Notes: generated by a model not told the origin, from the letters alone. A stretch of 52,845 nucleotides of DNA from a virus (IMGVR_UViG_3300025009_000138:1-52845); one strand, 5' to 3'; positions 8,713 to 18,250 are shown, numbered from the stretch's first letter. Translations and numbers: made by a program.

Positions 8713-8925
8713 ATGAGCGAAAAAAGGGTACAAACACAAATCGAAATCGTAAACGAGCACATAGATGAAATGTTGTACAACATTGCGAACGCCACCAATA
8801 CCGAATGGCAACAAGTGTACAAATTTCAGGCTCTTTCCATGCTGCATTTGTCCATCAAGTTAGGAATCATCCCGGAAGAGGAAAGAAACACTTATCTTGG
8901 GCGCATTGTCAATGCCGTTTCCTAA
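8713..8925 (+). CDS. Hypothetical early protein
   Basis: AAGGGGAG RBS. Confidence 0.6.
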   Translation: MSEKRVQTQIEIVNEHIDEMLYNIANATNTEWQQVYKFQALSMLHLSIKLGIIPEEERNTYLGRIVNAVS

Positions 8926-9009
8926 TTTCCCCCTACGCTCTCTTAACCGGGAGCGCGGGGAGAAGGTAGGCGAAGCAGGCGACAACCGCAACAAAAAGGA
9001 GAAACTAAC

Positions 9010-9144
9010 ATGAGAACATTCCTATTCCTAAGTTATCTGTACTATCAAAGGGGATTACTTCGTTTTAACTATAAAAAAGTACCCGCATGGCTAGATGCTG
9101 CAATTGACAGGGTAGAATGTGTACTTGGATTTTGCGAAATATAA
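9010..9144 (+). CDS. 44-aa hypothetical protein (below ORF-track cutoff)
   Basis: MRTFLFLSYLYYQRGLLRFNYKKVPAWLDAAIDRVECVLGFCEI; AAGGAG RBS. Confidence 0.55.
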   Translation: MRTFLFLSYLYYQRGLLRFNYKKVPAWLDAAIDRVECVLGFCEI

Positions 9145-9159
9145 AAGGGGGGCGAACTC

Positions 9160-9738
9160 ATGAGCACACATCAAAACGCCGGAATCGACTACGGCATGGG
9201 GAGCACGAACATAGATCACGAAACCGGGATAAGGCATGGAGTTATCCCAGCGCACGCGGTAGGTGAGACGTGGTATGAGAGGAGTGTGGCACGATATGAA
9301 GAGCCTACTTGTTCCGAGTGTGGGAATGAAGTTGTGGAGTATGATGATGATAAGCACTCGGATTATGATTTGAGCACGATAGACGATTTTGTATGCGAAC
9401 AATGTAAGGGGAGTTACAAAGCGGATCACTGTTACCCAGACGAGCCTAATTCATTCTCGTATTTCGGTGATGGATATATCGCAGATCAAGAAGCTGGGAG
9501 TTATGCCACCAGTGACGACATTTTCATCACGAAATCACCCTATTTCACCTACGAGGCTTTTTGTTCGCCTTGCGCTCCTGGCGCGGGATATCTACTCGAT
9601 GCGATGGATGAGGATATGGGGATCAAGGCGTATTGCTTCGGGCACGATTGGTTTTGGGATACTGAGGCGAAACGTGCGCCTTATAACGTGTATAGCGTCG
9701 AAACGGGTGAGCTTGTGGAACCTGAGAAAGAGGAGTAA
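9160..9738 (+). CDS. Acidic early protein with zinc-ribbon motifs
   Basis: CSEC, CEQC, CSPCAPGAG. Confidence 0.7.
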   Translation: MSTHQNAGIDYGMGSTNIDHETGIRHGVIPAHAVGETWYERSVARYEEPTCSECGNEVVEYDDDKHSDYDLSTIDDFVCEQCKGSYKADHCYPDEPNSFSYFGDGYIADQEAGSYATSDDIFITKSPYFTYEAFCSPCAPGAGYLLDAMDEDMGIKAYCFGHDWFWDTEAKRAPYNVYSVETGELVEPEKEE

Positions 9739-9743
9739 CAAGC

Positions 9744-9821
9744 ATGTTTGCTCTTTACCTCTGCATGTTTTGGGCTCTTGGGCTGCTTGCGTCGGTTCTT
9801 GTGGCGCGGGCTTTGTTCTAA
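9744..9821 (+). CDS. 25-aa hydrophobic micropeptide
   Basis: MFALYLCMFWALGLLASVLVARALF; GAGGAG RBS. Confidence 0.5.
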   Translation: MFALYLCMFWALGLLASVLVARALF

Positions 9822-9847
9822 ACGCGGATAAAATGGGAGATTTAAAT

Positions 9848-10120
9848 ATGGGAGCACCGAAACCGTATAATGGACACCATTGTTGGAATTGCTGGAATGT
9901 GGCGCTGTGGATTAGCAACGATGAGGGACTATATAACTTGGCTGTGGAATATGTTCACAAGGTCAAGCGCGGGCGAATTGATAAGTACGGAAAAGAGCGG
10001 CCGTACACGTTCACGCGAGCGGCGTATGCGCTCCAAAGCATGTTACCCGAGAGAACACCCGACGGAGCGCGGTACACTATAAAGGCACTCACAAGCGCTC
10101 TGATTGGATTAGCGGAATAA
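9848..10120 (+). CDS. Phage early protein (YNG..WNVALWI.NDEGLY family)
   Basis: Motif recalled from phage hypotheticals; likely start MGAPKPYNG. Confidence 0.65.
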   Translation: MGAPKPYNGHHCWNCWNVALWISNDEGLYNLAVEYVHKVKRGRIDKYGKERPYTFTRAAYALQSMLPERTPDGARYTIKALTSALIGLAE

Positions 10121-10146
10121 ACTACTACCATAAAGGAGTAACGAAA

Positions 10147-10413
10147 ATGGCTAGATTTTATGCGGAAATCATAGGAATCGGGGGAAAAGCTACACATACT
10201 TCCACCAAGAATAGCGGAATGCGTGCTCATGTGCGTGGATGGGAGATTGGTGCTCGTGTAGTGATGTCTACACATGGATACGGTGCGGATGTTGTGGACG
10301 TTTGCACGGTGTACCTCACCAGCGGCAGCAATGGCGGAAAGAGCGATAAGTGTATATGGAGCGGCACGCGAGCGGATTTTGATGCGCTTGTGGGAGAAAG
10401 AAAAGAGGGGTGA
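10147..10413 (+). CDS. Hypothetical early protein
   Basis: AAAGGAG RBS. Confidence 0.65.
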   Translation: MARFYAEIIGIGGKATHTSTKNSGMRAHVRGWEIGARVVMSTHGYGADVVDVCTVYLTSGSNGGKSDKCIWSGTRADFDALVGERKEG

Positions 10414-10416
10414 AAT

Positions 10417-11127
10417 ATGGAAAAAGAAAAAGAAATGCGGATAGTATCACATATCCTGGAATATTGTGATACGCATGATATTGACATGGATTACTATACA
10501 GGTTGCGCTGAATGGGGATATGATGACCAACCCGTGTTAGCGGCAAACTGGAATGGCCCCGGAGTATATGAAGAAAACCACAAAGACTCTGAATGGGGAA
10601 TGCAACAATACAAGAACAAGCAAACACTCGAAAAACTCTCGCATATAATCGACAAAATGGAACACGTTTCGCTCGAATGGTCCGACGAATGGGCAGGTTG
10701 CGCTAACTGTGGAAAAGCTGTTCGTACTAGTCCAGATTCGTATTCCTGGCAAGCTTCGTGGGTATGGGCCTATGATAGTGAGATCGTATGTCGTGAATGC
10801 TGGGAAGGGGCGATAAACGACATTATCGAATTCTACCACAACAATTCACGTAAGGCTCTTCCCAGCGCTTTTGTCCCACTACTTGAAAAAGAGGGATTCA
10901 CGGGATGGCAAAAGGCAAAGGACGCGGAAACCGGGGAATGTACAGAGTATGAAACGGGTTTTCATGCGTATCAAAATGATAATCCGAAGGAAGTGTTCAA
11001 AGCGATCAAAGAGGAGTCGGCAAATTGGGAAATAGTGTTCGTGATAACCGGAGTCGGGCAATTTGACATTTCGTGGACTGCTTATGTGAGAAAAAACCTT
11101 GATAGTGAGGAAACCCAACAATTCTAG
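10417..11127 (+). CDS. Acidic Trp-rich early protein with CxxC pairs
   Basis: EWSDEW.CxxC, CREC, GQFD; good RBS. Confidence 0.7.
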   Translation: MEKEKEMRIVSHILEYCDTHDIDMDYYTGCAEWGYDDQPVLAANWNGPGVYEENHKDSEWGMQQYKNKQTLEKLSHIIDKMEHVSLEWSDEWAGCANCGKAVRTSPDSYSWQASWVWAYDSEIVCRECWEGAINDIIEFYHNNSRKALPSAFVPLLEKEGFTGWQKAKDAETGECTEYETGFHAYQNDNPKEVFKAIKEESANWEIVFVITGVGQFDISWTAYVRKNLDSEETQQF

Positions 11128-11212
11128 CCACTTGGAGCAGGCGTGCTATATATTGTAGCGCAGGAATAGAGCATATCTAGCACGCCTGCGGCAAGAGTGC
11201 AAGGGGGAAATT

Positions 11213-11422
11213 ATGAGAGGAAAAAGAATGCTTTACGTGAGCCAATATGGGAATATCTGGTACGCTTCAACGGTCGGGGAGCTTTGTGAAAAGCTGGGAT
11301 ACTCAGTAAAGTCGGCTCGACGCATGTATCGGGACAAGAAAAATGGTTCCAGCGTGCATGTGGGATACGTGATCGGTGGGTTTTGGTTAACAGCTTATGT
11401 GCCTTATGAAGGGAAAGCATAA
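11213..11422 (+). CDS. Small basic hypothetical protein
   Basis: G-rich RBS; MYRDKK.G..HVGYVIG. Confidence 0.6.
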   Translation: MRGKRMLYVSQYGNIWYASTVGELCEKLGYSVKSARRMYRDKKNGSSVHVGYVIGGFWLTAYVPYEGKA

Positions 11423-11423
11423 T

Positions 11424-11543
11424 ATGGAGCTGCTTTTACTCGTCGGACTTCCAGGAAGCGCCGTGCTTTATCTGGCAGGGAATCGAGTGCTTAGGTTCGT
11501 TGGCGCTTGTGGCTTGTTTGGAACGTGCGTGTTGTTATTGTAG
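11424..11543 (+). CDS. 39-aa hydrophobic micro-ORF
   Basis: MELLLLVGLPGSAVLYLAGNRVLRFVGACGLFGTCVLLL; fills the gap between two genes. Confidence 0.45.
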   Translation: MELLLLVGLPGSAVLYLAGNRVLRFVGACGLFGTCVLLL

Positions 11544-11559
11544 AATAGGAGTGTATGCA

Positions 11560-11772
11560 ATGGCTGAAAAACGTATCGTGTACTTACTCAAAGATAGGCA
11601 AGAGCGCTTTAATTTGAAACGTGCATGGTTTGTGAACGCATGGCGTTTAGTCGATAAAAACGGAAATGATGTTGTTCAACCTTGGGCCAACACAAAAGGC
11701 GAAGCACTCGAGACAGCCAAAGCGCTTGGTTTTCTTGTGCTAGGAATGTACAATCCGCCCCACATTCTATAG
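11560..11772 (+). CDS. Hypothetical protein
   Basis: AGGAG RBS before MAEKRIV. Confidence 0.55.
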   Translation: MAEKRIVYLLKDRQERFNLKRAWFVNAWRLVDKNGNDVVQPWANTKGEALETAKALGFLVLGMYNPPHIL

Positions 11773-11840
11773 CGCTCATTCGCCGTTTGCTTTTCATCGC
11801 GCTCGCTTCCACTAGGAGCGCTTTCCTTTGTCCTTTTCTT
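11771..11840 (+). terminator. Possible terminator closing the early cluster
   Basis: AGCGCTC...GAGCGCT arms followed by a T-rich tract. Confidence 0.35.
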
Positions 11841-12263
11841 GGCCGTTTTTCGTGCCTAGGAGGCATGTTCCATGATTACCTTAAATCTGTTACCATCCGC
11901 GTCAGCTCCAGCCCTAGAACCTTCAATAAGCACGTTCACGCCTGGATACCGCCAAGCGCTCAACGCCTTACGCCTCATCGGTCGTATCGCCCAGCTCCGG
12001 GCACTCGATAAACGCCGGGCAGCTCTCCCCTCGATCATCTCACAACACGTTCATATTCCAATCGAGGTCCAAGTTCTATCGAGCGCGCACGTATACTTAA
12101 CGGACCTAGATCCTATCCCACGCCCACCCTGCACGCGCCCGCGCCCCTCCATCATACGAAGAAGGAGAAAATCAATTGGTTGAGTTTTTTCTCGCAACAT
12201 TTCCAACAATTTCACATACTTAACACGCTATGAAAAAATCTTACATCTGCATTACGTTTTTTC

Positions 12264-12293
12264 TTGACTCGGCTTTGCTATACATGCTACGCT
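12264..12293 (+). promoter_or_regulatory. Sigma70-like promoter
   Basis: TTGACT-18-TACGCT with TG extension. Confidence 0.4.
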
Positions 12294-12395
12294 TCACAAT
12301 ACGGGAGGGAGAACCGCATAGCACTTCGTTTTGACCCTCCTCTTAATTGGTTGAGCGTTTTCTCGAAACTTTATAGAAACCTTGGAGCCTTCAAA

Positions 12396-12623
12396 ATGTC
12401 CAAAGCAAATGTAAATACCCAAACAAAGAATCCTCCTCTTCCACAACTCAAAGAGCCTACAATGAACTGGAGCACCCGCAATCTCTCCACGGATCTACAC
12501 AAGCGCATGGTAGTGCTCTCAGAAAGTCGCGGAATGAAGATGTACGCTCTCATGAACGCAGCGCTCAAGATCGGTCTACATGAAATCGAGCAAGGAGAGG
12601 GAAAAAAGGAGGTAGAAGAGTAA
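12396..12623 (+). CDS. Ribbon-helix-helix-like regulator
   Basis: WSTRNLSTDLHKRMVVLSESRGMKMYALMNAAL fits the Arc/CopG pattern. Confidence 0.55.
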   Translation: MSKANVNTQTKNPPLPQLKEPTMNWSTRNLSTDLHKRMVVLSESRGMKMYALMNAALKIGLHEIEQGEGKKEVEE

Positions 12624-13567
12624 TGGCACCCGCATTCCGTGTATCAAACAGCTCGCTTCAATGCTACTCTAAGTGCTTGACATGCGCACTCCTCAAGTAT
12701 GGTTTGTGCCTTTGTGTACCCGAGAAAGCTGCACCTCTTCTAGCGGGGAAAGCCGGACACGCTGGGCATGAACATTACTTCAAACACAATGGAGATGTTC
12801 AAGGGGCATTAGACGTGTTCCAGCGCTTATATATAGAATATAACATAGATAACGTCACCACGGAAGAACGCTTGAAATACGCGAATACAAGCATCATATT
12901 CGCCTACTACCTCGAAACACATCCACTTGAGAGCTTTCCCTTTATCACATTCCCTGAACTAATTGAAGTCACGCGGTTTGAAGCGTTGGACGACAATGGG
13001 GATTTCGTGTTTCATTCTGTGTTGGACATGATAGTACAAGAGCGTGCCACAGGAATGGTGAATGTGCTCGACCACAAATTCACACATCGCTTATCTGATT
13101 GGTGGCTCGGAAAGTGGAAGCTCTCTCCGCAGCTCACAGGATATATATGGAGCGCTAGGCGAGCCGTTCAGAATACGATAGTACATGGAGCATACATAAA
13201 CGCAATCGCTCAAGGGCTGCTCCCAGGAAGTACGAGAGATGCTAAATGCACGAAACACGGACGCAAGTACAGCGAGTGCCGCAAACACCACTCAGACTTT
13301 GCTCTCTTCACCAGCACACGCTCAGAGTATGCGCTGATAGAGTGGCGCAAGAGAGCAATCAATACTGCGAAAGCGTTCAAGTATCTTCTTGATAATTTCA
13401 GCACAGTAGATGCGCTTTACTACGTACCTATGGATGGACAAGAAAAAGATGCGTGTGTGTTTTGTGAATTTAATAAGTTTTGCGCTGCTGATCGACCGCG
13501 AGAGTGGATAGGCACTATATTGCAAACGCGCCCGGATATAACGAGTATGTATTTTGAGAATGGTTGA
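12623..13567 (+). CDS. PD-(D/E)XK Cas4/RecB-like exonuclease
   Basis: N-terminal Cys, LDMI..VLDHK, QLTGY, C-terminal CxxCxxxxxC. Confidence 0.8.
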   Translation: MAPAFRVSNSSLQCYSKCLTCALLKYGLCLCVPEKAAPLLAGKAGHAGHEHYFKHNGDVQGALDVFQRLYIEYNIDNVTTEERLKYANTSIIFAYYLETHPLESFPFITFPELIEVTRFEALDDNGDFVFHSVLDMIVQERATGMVNVLDHKFTHRLSDWWLGKWKLSPQLTGYIWSARRAVQNTIVHGAYINAIAQGLLPGSTRDAKCTKHGRKYSECRKHHSDFALFTSTRSEYALIEWRKRAINTAKAFKYLLDNFSTVDALYYVPMDGQEKDACVFCEFNKFCAADRPREWIGTILQTRPDITSMYFENG

Positions 13568-13605
13568 GAAAAGTGTGTGTGATGTGGCATAAGTGAAAAA
13601 AGTGC

Positions 13606-13634
13606 TTGACATTGTATGAATGCGTGTGTAACAT
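13606..13634 (+). promoter_or_regulatory. Sigma70 promoter
   Basis: TTGACA-17-TAACAT with an A-rich upstream element. Confidence 0.65.
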
Positions 13635-13698
13635 CCTAGTTAACATGGTGAGCATAGCAACAATCAGCCTTAACAACTAACACATCGGAGGGAGAACG

Positions 13699-14730
13699 AT
13701 GGCAATAGGTGACGGAAAGACATACGTGTTTTATCACTCAGCAGATTTGGATGGCTTGTGCTCTGGTGCAATCGCAAAGCACTTCATCCCACACGCTATC
13801 ATGATGCCTATTAACTACGGAGATGTGTTCCCTTGGCACATCCTCACGCCCAATGATGAAGTGCTGATGTTGGACTTCTCGCTCAGTCCCGCAGAGATGT
13901 TGCGTTTGGCTAACACGGTTGCGCTCTTTCATTGGATCGACCATCACGATACCGCTATCAGGTCCATCGAGCCCGTATTCCGTGACGCTGGTATGGTGTT
14001 GCTTGGATTGCGTAACAATGAACAGGAGCCCGCGAATAAGCGTGCAGCTTGTGAGCTTGCTTGGGAGTACATGGCACCCAGCAAAACTGGAAAGACTCCT
14101 ACACCCGCTGCCGTTACCCTCCTCGGTGCATATGACACGTGGCGTTATGTGGGCACGGAAGATGAGCAAGACGTGTGGGCGTTCCAACTTCGGATGCGCT
14201 TAGAAGAGCTGAACCCTGTGATGTGGGAGGATTGTAAGGATATGTGGTGTAGCCTTTTCACTCCTCCCGATCCTGAGCAACCTTGGGATGATTCGCCTTG
14301 GAGTCTTATCACTGAGGGATATATTCTCGCTCGCTTCGACCAGCAGCAGAAAATGAAGTACGCAAAGAGCTATGCGTTTGAGGCGGATTTCGTTACACCT
14401 TGCATAGATCCGAGTTGCTTATGTAGGATAGGATTTTCTTCCACTGTAAATTGCTCCGCACAACTTTACAAGGTGCTCGCCATCAACCTCGGCCACACCA
14501 ACTCCAAGATATTCGATAGCGTCCCGAACCGTGATCAATACGCTTTCTTCGTCTCTTTCGTCCGGCGCTCGGATGCACGTTGGAACGTGTCTCTCTACGG
14601 AAACCCTCCACACAGTGATGTACACGTAGGAGAAGTGGCGAAGTTGTTTGGAGGTGGTGGACACAAAGGCGCGGCAGGGTTTAACTGTACTACTGAAAAT
14701 CTTCTCTTTATTATAAGCACTAGAGACTAG
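13699..14730 (+). CDS. DHH/DHHA1 phosphoesterase (nanoRNase-like)
   Basis: YH.ADLDG, LDFS, WIDHH, GGGGHKGAAG. Confidence 0.88.
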   Translation: MAIGDGKTYVFYHSADLDGLCSGAIAKHFIPHAIMMPINYGDVFPWHILTPNDEVLMLDFSLSPAEMLRLANTVALFHWIDHHDTAIRSIEPVFRDAGMVLLGLRNNEQEPANKRAACELAWEYMAPSKTGKTPTPAAVTLLGAYDTWRYVGTEDEQDVWAFQLRMRLEELNPVMWEDCKDMWCSLFTPPDPEQPWDDSPWSLITEGYILARFDQQQKMKYAKSYAFEADFVTPCIDPSCLCRIGFSSTVNCSAQLYKVLAINLGHTNSKIFDSVPNRDQYAFFVSFVRRSDARWNVSLYGNPPHSDVHVGEVAKLFGGGGHKGAAGFNCTTENLLFIISTRD

Positions 14731-14741
14731 AGGGTAAAACC

Positions 14742-15098
14742 ATGAACTTGCGCCCAACAATCAACCCGCGTTTCCTCTGTCCACAACATCTCAACGGTGC
14801 TCACTATGAACACCACAAGCACGAGAAGAAGTGGACCGTGAAGAAGATGCACCCAGGAAAGTACCTGACCAATCATTGCTTCGAGCCGGCCAACTATAAA
14901 ACGAGACATGACGAGCTGGTGGCGGAAATGCTACGGCGTGGAGGGAACCACAACTCTCCCATTGAACAACCGGATTTCTCGTATTTGGAAGCGTGGGAGC
15001 GAGAATGGAAAGCTGATCCAGTTCAAGCGCGGCTTGCTCTTATGAACCGCTGTTGGGATTGTCGGCAAGCGATAATGCGCAATTGGACTATAAACTAA
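14742..15098 (+). CDS. denV: Pyrimidine-dimer DNA glycosylase/endonuclease V-like protein
   Basis: LCPQHL..AHYE and RHDELVAEMLRRG motifs. Confidence 0.7.
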   Translation: MNLRPTINPRFLCPQHLNGAHYEHHKHEKKWTVKKMHPGKYLTNHCFEPANYKTRHDELVAEMLRRGGNHNSPIEQPDFSYLEAWEREWKADPVQARLALMNRCWDCRQAIMRNWTIN

Positions 15099-15111
15099 CT
15101 TCACGCAAGAA

Positions 15112-15921
15112 ATGAAGGAGCACACATTGTCAGAATCGACACCTATAATATACCCACCTAAACACTGGCTCTTGTACTCAGACAGCGGCGCTGGTAAGTC
15201 CACCATGGCAGCAACATTCCCCAAACCCATGCTCGTGTGGATGTTTGATCCATTCGGTAAAGACGAACCTTACTTACGCGGCTCTCAAAGTGTAGGAGAT
15301 CTGCAAACATACCCGCTCAACATTGGAGGCATTGGAGAAGCGCAAATAGTATATCGCGACGTTCAACACGTAGATGGGCTCTTGCGTATCGAGTATTACC
15401 ATGACGTGAATATCAAGCAACCCACTGCGTACATGCGCTTTCAAACGCGCTTTGATACACTCTTCCCGAATGAGCTTACATGGTGGAAAACGGTAGCGCT
15501 TGACTCCATCACGTTCATGGAAAAACTCGCTCGTAAGTGGGACCAGTACGTGTTGAACCCCACCGCTAAAGATCCTCGTAAATGGTTCGGCGCGTCCACG
15601 GATTTGCTCGAAGAGATGTTGATGTTGCGCTTCGCCGGGCTCCCCATGAACGTGATAGCGATTGCGCACATTGACACCGAGAAAGATGATGTACATGGTT
15701 TACTTGTCAGAAACCCTTCTGCGCCTGGTAGATTACGGAGGGATCTATCCACGGCATACAGCGAGATTTACAGACTTTACATTGGAGACGATGGGAAAGG
15801 AGGGAAAGTACACGCGGCTCAAACACGGTCGGATAATTTGTTCAATGCACAGACGCATATTGACGCACCGAATCCGTGTTGGCCTACATATGAAGCGCTT
15901 TGGCAAAACTATGGAAAGTGA
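15112..15921 (+). CDS. AAA_24/Sak4-like ATPase
   Basis: YSDSGAGKST Walker A, VALDSIT Walker B, IAIAH; exonuclease-ATPase-SSB context. Confidence 0.8.
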   Translation: MKEHTLSESTPIIYPPKHWLLYSDSGAGKSTMAATFPKPMLVWMFDPFGKDEPYLRGSQSVGDLQTYPLNIGGIGEAQIVYRDVQHVDGLLRIEYYHDVNIKQPTAYMRFQTRFDTLFPNELTWWKTVALDSITFMEKLARKWDQYVLNPTAKDPRKWFGASTDLLEEMLMLRFAGLPMNVIAIAHIDTEKDDVHGLLVRNPSAPGRLRRDLSTAYSEIYRLYIGDDGKGGKVHAAQTRSDNLFNAQTHIDAPNPCWPTYEALWQNYGK

Positions 15922-15932
15922 AGGAGTTTAAA

Positions 15933-16154
15933 ATGGCTAGGGTAAAAGTTACACGTATAATACATTACGAAGGAGAAGAAGAATGGGTGGAACGTGTACT
16001 TGAACGCTCTTTACCTGACGGAGATCACTTGTTAGGAGGATCAAAAGGAACAATATTTATTCGCAGCATTAATGAATCAGAAGTACCTATAGGGTTACAA
16101 GATGTACGCATGTACGCTGCACACTTCCTAAAGATGGACGAAACCCCCGATTAA
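15933..16154 (+). CDS. Hypothetical protein
   Basis: AAGGAG RBS. Confidence 0.6.
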   Translation: MARVKVTRIIHYEGEEEWVERVLERSLPDGDHLLGGSKGTIFIRSINESEVPIGLQDVRMYAAHFLKMDETPD

Positions 16155-16172
16155 AGAAGGAGATACACAACA

Positions 16173-17183
16173 ATGAGCAACGGACAAGACAAACGAGTAA
16201 ATTGGAACGATATCCCGGACACAATGATGCTCCCCGCAGGCAAAATCCTCCTCCAGATCACGGAGATTGAAGAAGTTGTATCGGGCTCCGGGAAGCTCAT
16301 GTACAAGCACAAACTTACTGCATTCGAGCCCGCTGAAGTCGCTGGCATGATCCACTTCGAGAATTTTGTGATCGGTACGGATGATGACCCTCTCGCGGAC
16401 TCTCCCAACACTTGGAGAGCGAGCATCGGCGCTAAACGCATGAAGAACACGTACACCAAAGCGCGTGTGCCGTTCTCTGAGAGCATGTTCGCCACGATAG
16501 CGGCGGCTCGCGGAGCCATGTTCATCGGTAAGACCGTGGTGAAGAAGGACAACGACCCGAACAGCAGATACTTTGGGCAGGAGAGCACGAATATCACGAC
16601 ATGTTACGCGGTCGGTGAAGTGGTGCCTGCGTTGGAGGGGAATGCTCCGAGTGTCGGTGATGTTGGCACAAGTCCTGGATTGCCTACGATGCCAACTGCT
16701 CCCACAGCTCCCGCTCCTATACCCGCTGCTGCTCCCGGTCCTGCTCTTGCTCCCACGATAGCGGCTCCCGCACCGCCCGCACCCGTCGCTCCCCTTGTAG
16801 CGCCTGCCGCTCCGGTTAAGCAAATGACCGTGAAAGCGCAGGGCACGTATGAGCAGTACATCGGAGCCGGGTGGAACGATGCGCAGTTGATTGAGCACGG
16901 ATTTATGGAAATGGTGAATCCTACACCTGCTCCCGTTGTTGCGCCCGTGATGACGCCCGCGCCCGCGCCTCCTACAATGGCTCCTCCTGTACTTGCTCCA
17001 AGCTTGGCTCCGAGCCCCGCTACGCCTGTAGTGGCCGCTCCCACGGTAAACGCAGCTCCCACGGGAGAAGCATGTACCATGTGCCCGCTGTGCAAGACCG
17101 CGATTCCCAATTCGCAGTTCGCTATGCACGTGCCTGCGTGTAGCGCACAGAGAGCGGCGGCAGCAGCGAGTGGGTTGAAGTAA
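16173..17183 (+). CDS. SSB-like (DUF669-type) protein with Pro/Ala linker and C-terminal C2HC zinc finger
   Basis: N-terminal domain pattern and position; APAP repeats; CPLC-x11-H-x3-C. Confidence 0.6.
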   Translation: MSNGQDKRVNWNDIPDTMMLPAGKILLQITEIEEVVSGSGKLMYKHKLTAFEPAEVAGMIHFENFVIGTDDDPLADSPNTWRASIGAKRMKNTYTKARVPFSESMFATIAAARGAMFIGKTVVKKDNDPNSRYFGQESTNITTCYAVGEVVPALEGNAPSVGDVGTSPGLPTMPTAPTAPAPIPAAAPGPALAPTIAAPAPPAPVAPLVAPAAPVKQMTVKAQGTYEQYIGAGWNDAQLIEHGFMEMVNPTPAPVVAPVMTPAPAPPTMAPPVLAPSLAPSPATPVVAAPTVNAAPTGEACTMCPLCKTAIPNSQFAMHVPACSAQRAAAAASGLK

Positions 17184-17212
17184 TACATGACACATACGCA
17201 GGAGCACTTCAA

Positions 17213-18250
17213 ATGAGCATTGTACTCTGTAAAAACTGTTACACCACTCACTACGAACACACCCAGCACATCCCCTTCGCTGCTGTTCCTGCGTATGTGT
17301 TTTACCGCATCTGCACAATCTGTCAACGCATGCACGACGCAAAACAGTTCGAGATCGAAATAAATGGTGACATCCCTCCTCATATATGCTACGGTCTTGA
17401 CACTGACCCTGCTCGTATGCGTTTGGACTATGTTGGATGGGATAACTCACGCGGGGTTAAGGGATTTATATGTCGTGGGTGCGGGAAAGGGTATTGGTGT
17501 GACATTGATAAAATTCCCCGTGAACCTGGCGCACTAAGGGAGGTGGAGCCCGAAGAAGAGAAGTTGTTCGCTGAGATGTTTGGACAGCATAGAAGAAATG
17601 GCGGAATTGAAACGCTGGATAAGATAGAGCTTAAACGAAAAGGAGGAGAGAATGCGATGATAAGAGTGCGATACAACGAACAAACAGGACAGATGGAAAC
17701 GTATGATGATGGATTGGGAGACGCTTGTGTAACTCCTGCGCCTTCTCCATCACACACGTTCACCACAGTACCGCCCGGTGTTCCGATTCAAGAAGTGATG
17801 GCGGCTCCCACAAGTGTTGCACCTGTACCCGCGCCCGAACCTGCGCAAGAACAACCACTTCCAATCAAGGAAGACATCGCGCCTGAAATGCTCCACGCTG
17901 CTCGCCAAGTCCTGCAACAAGTTATCATGCTCACTGTAGGCATAGAAAAAGCTACCACGGCGCGGCAACAGATGAGAGACGCAATCGCTATCATGACGTG
18001 CCCGTACAGCGTGCGCGACTTGCTCACTCGTGGGGATGGCCCGCAAGATACCGTGGTCGTGGTGAGCGTGACAGGGGGTGAGACAGATTTGGAATACTAT
18101 CAAGTACACGGGCGTGTGTACTCTCCAAAAACAAAACGCTTGGGTAAGAAGGTGTTTCGGGTGTACACGCAAAAGTATCAATGGCGAATGCTCTCTGAGA
18201 AATACGAAGGAAAGTTGGAGGAAGTGACAGAGCAGCACGAGTATGGATAA
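17213..18250 (+). CDS. Cys-rich hypothetical protein with probable in-frame internal start at 17657
   Basis: Several CxxC motifs; AAAGGAGG precedes the internal ATG. Confidence 0.55.
   Translation: MSIVLCKNCYTTHYEHTQHIPFAAVPAYVFYRICTICQRMHDAKQFEIEINGDIPPHICYGLDTDPARMRLDYVGWDNSRGVKGFICRGCGKGYWCDIDKIPREPGALREVEPEEEKLFAEMFGQHRRNGGIETLDKIELKRKGGENAMIRVRYNEQTGQMETYDDGLGDACVTPAPSPSHTFTTVPPGVPIQEVMAAPTSVAPVPAPEPAQEQPLPIKEDIAPEMLHAARQVLQQVIMLTVGIEKATTARQQMRDAIAIMTCPYSVRDLLTRGDGPQDTVVVVSVTGGETDLEYYQVHGRVYSPKTKRLGKKVFRVYTQKYQWRMLSEKYEGKLEEVTEQHEYG

Noticed and set aside
9389-9847. 5' extension of the ORF ending at 10120
   Set aside because: It overlaps the well-supported 9160-9738 gene; the conserved motif starts at 9848.
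11872-12183. 103-aa ORF
   Set aside because: Low-complexity translation with no motif; not confidently coding.
16128-17450. Long antisense ORFs (also 28728-29762, 37350-38324, 38751-39794)
   Set aside because: These are shadows of biased codon usage in the real opposite-strand genes, with no RBS or motifs.
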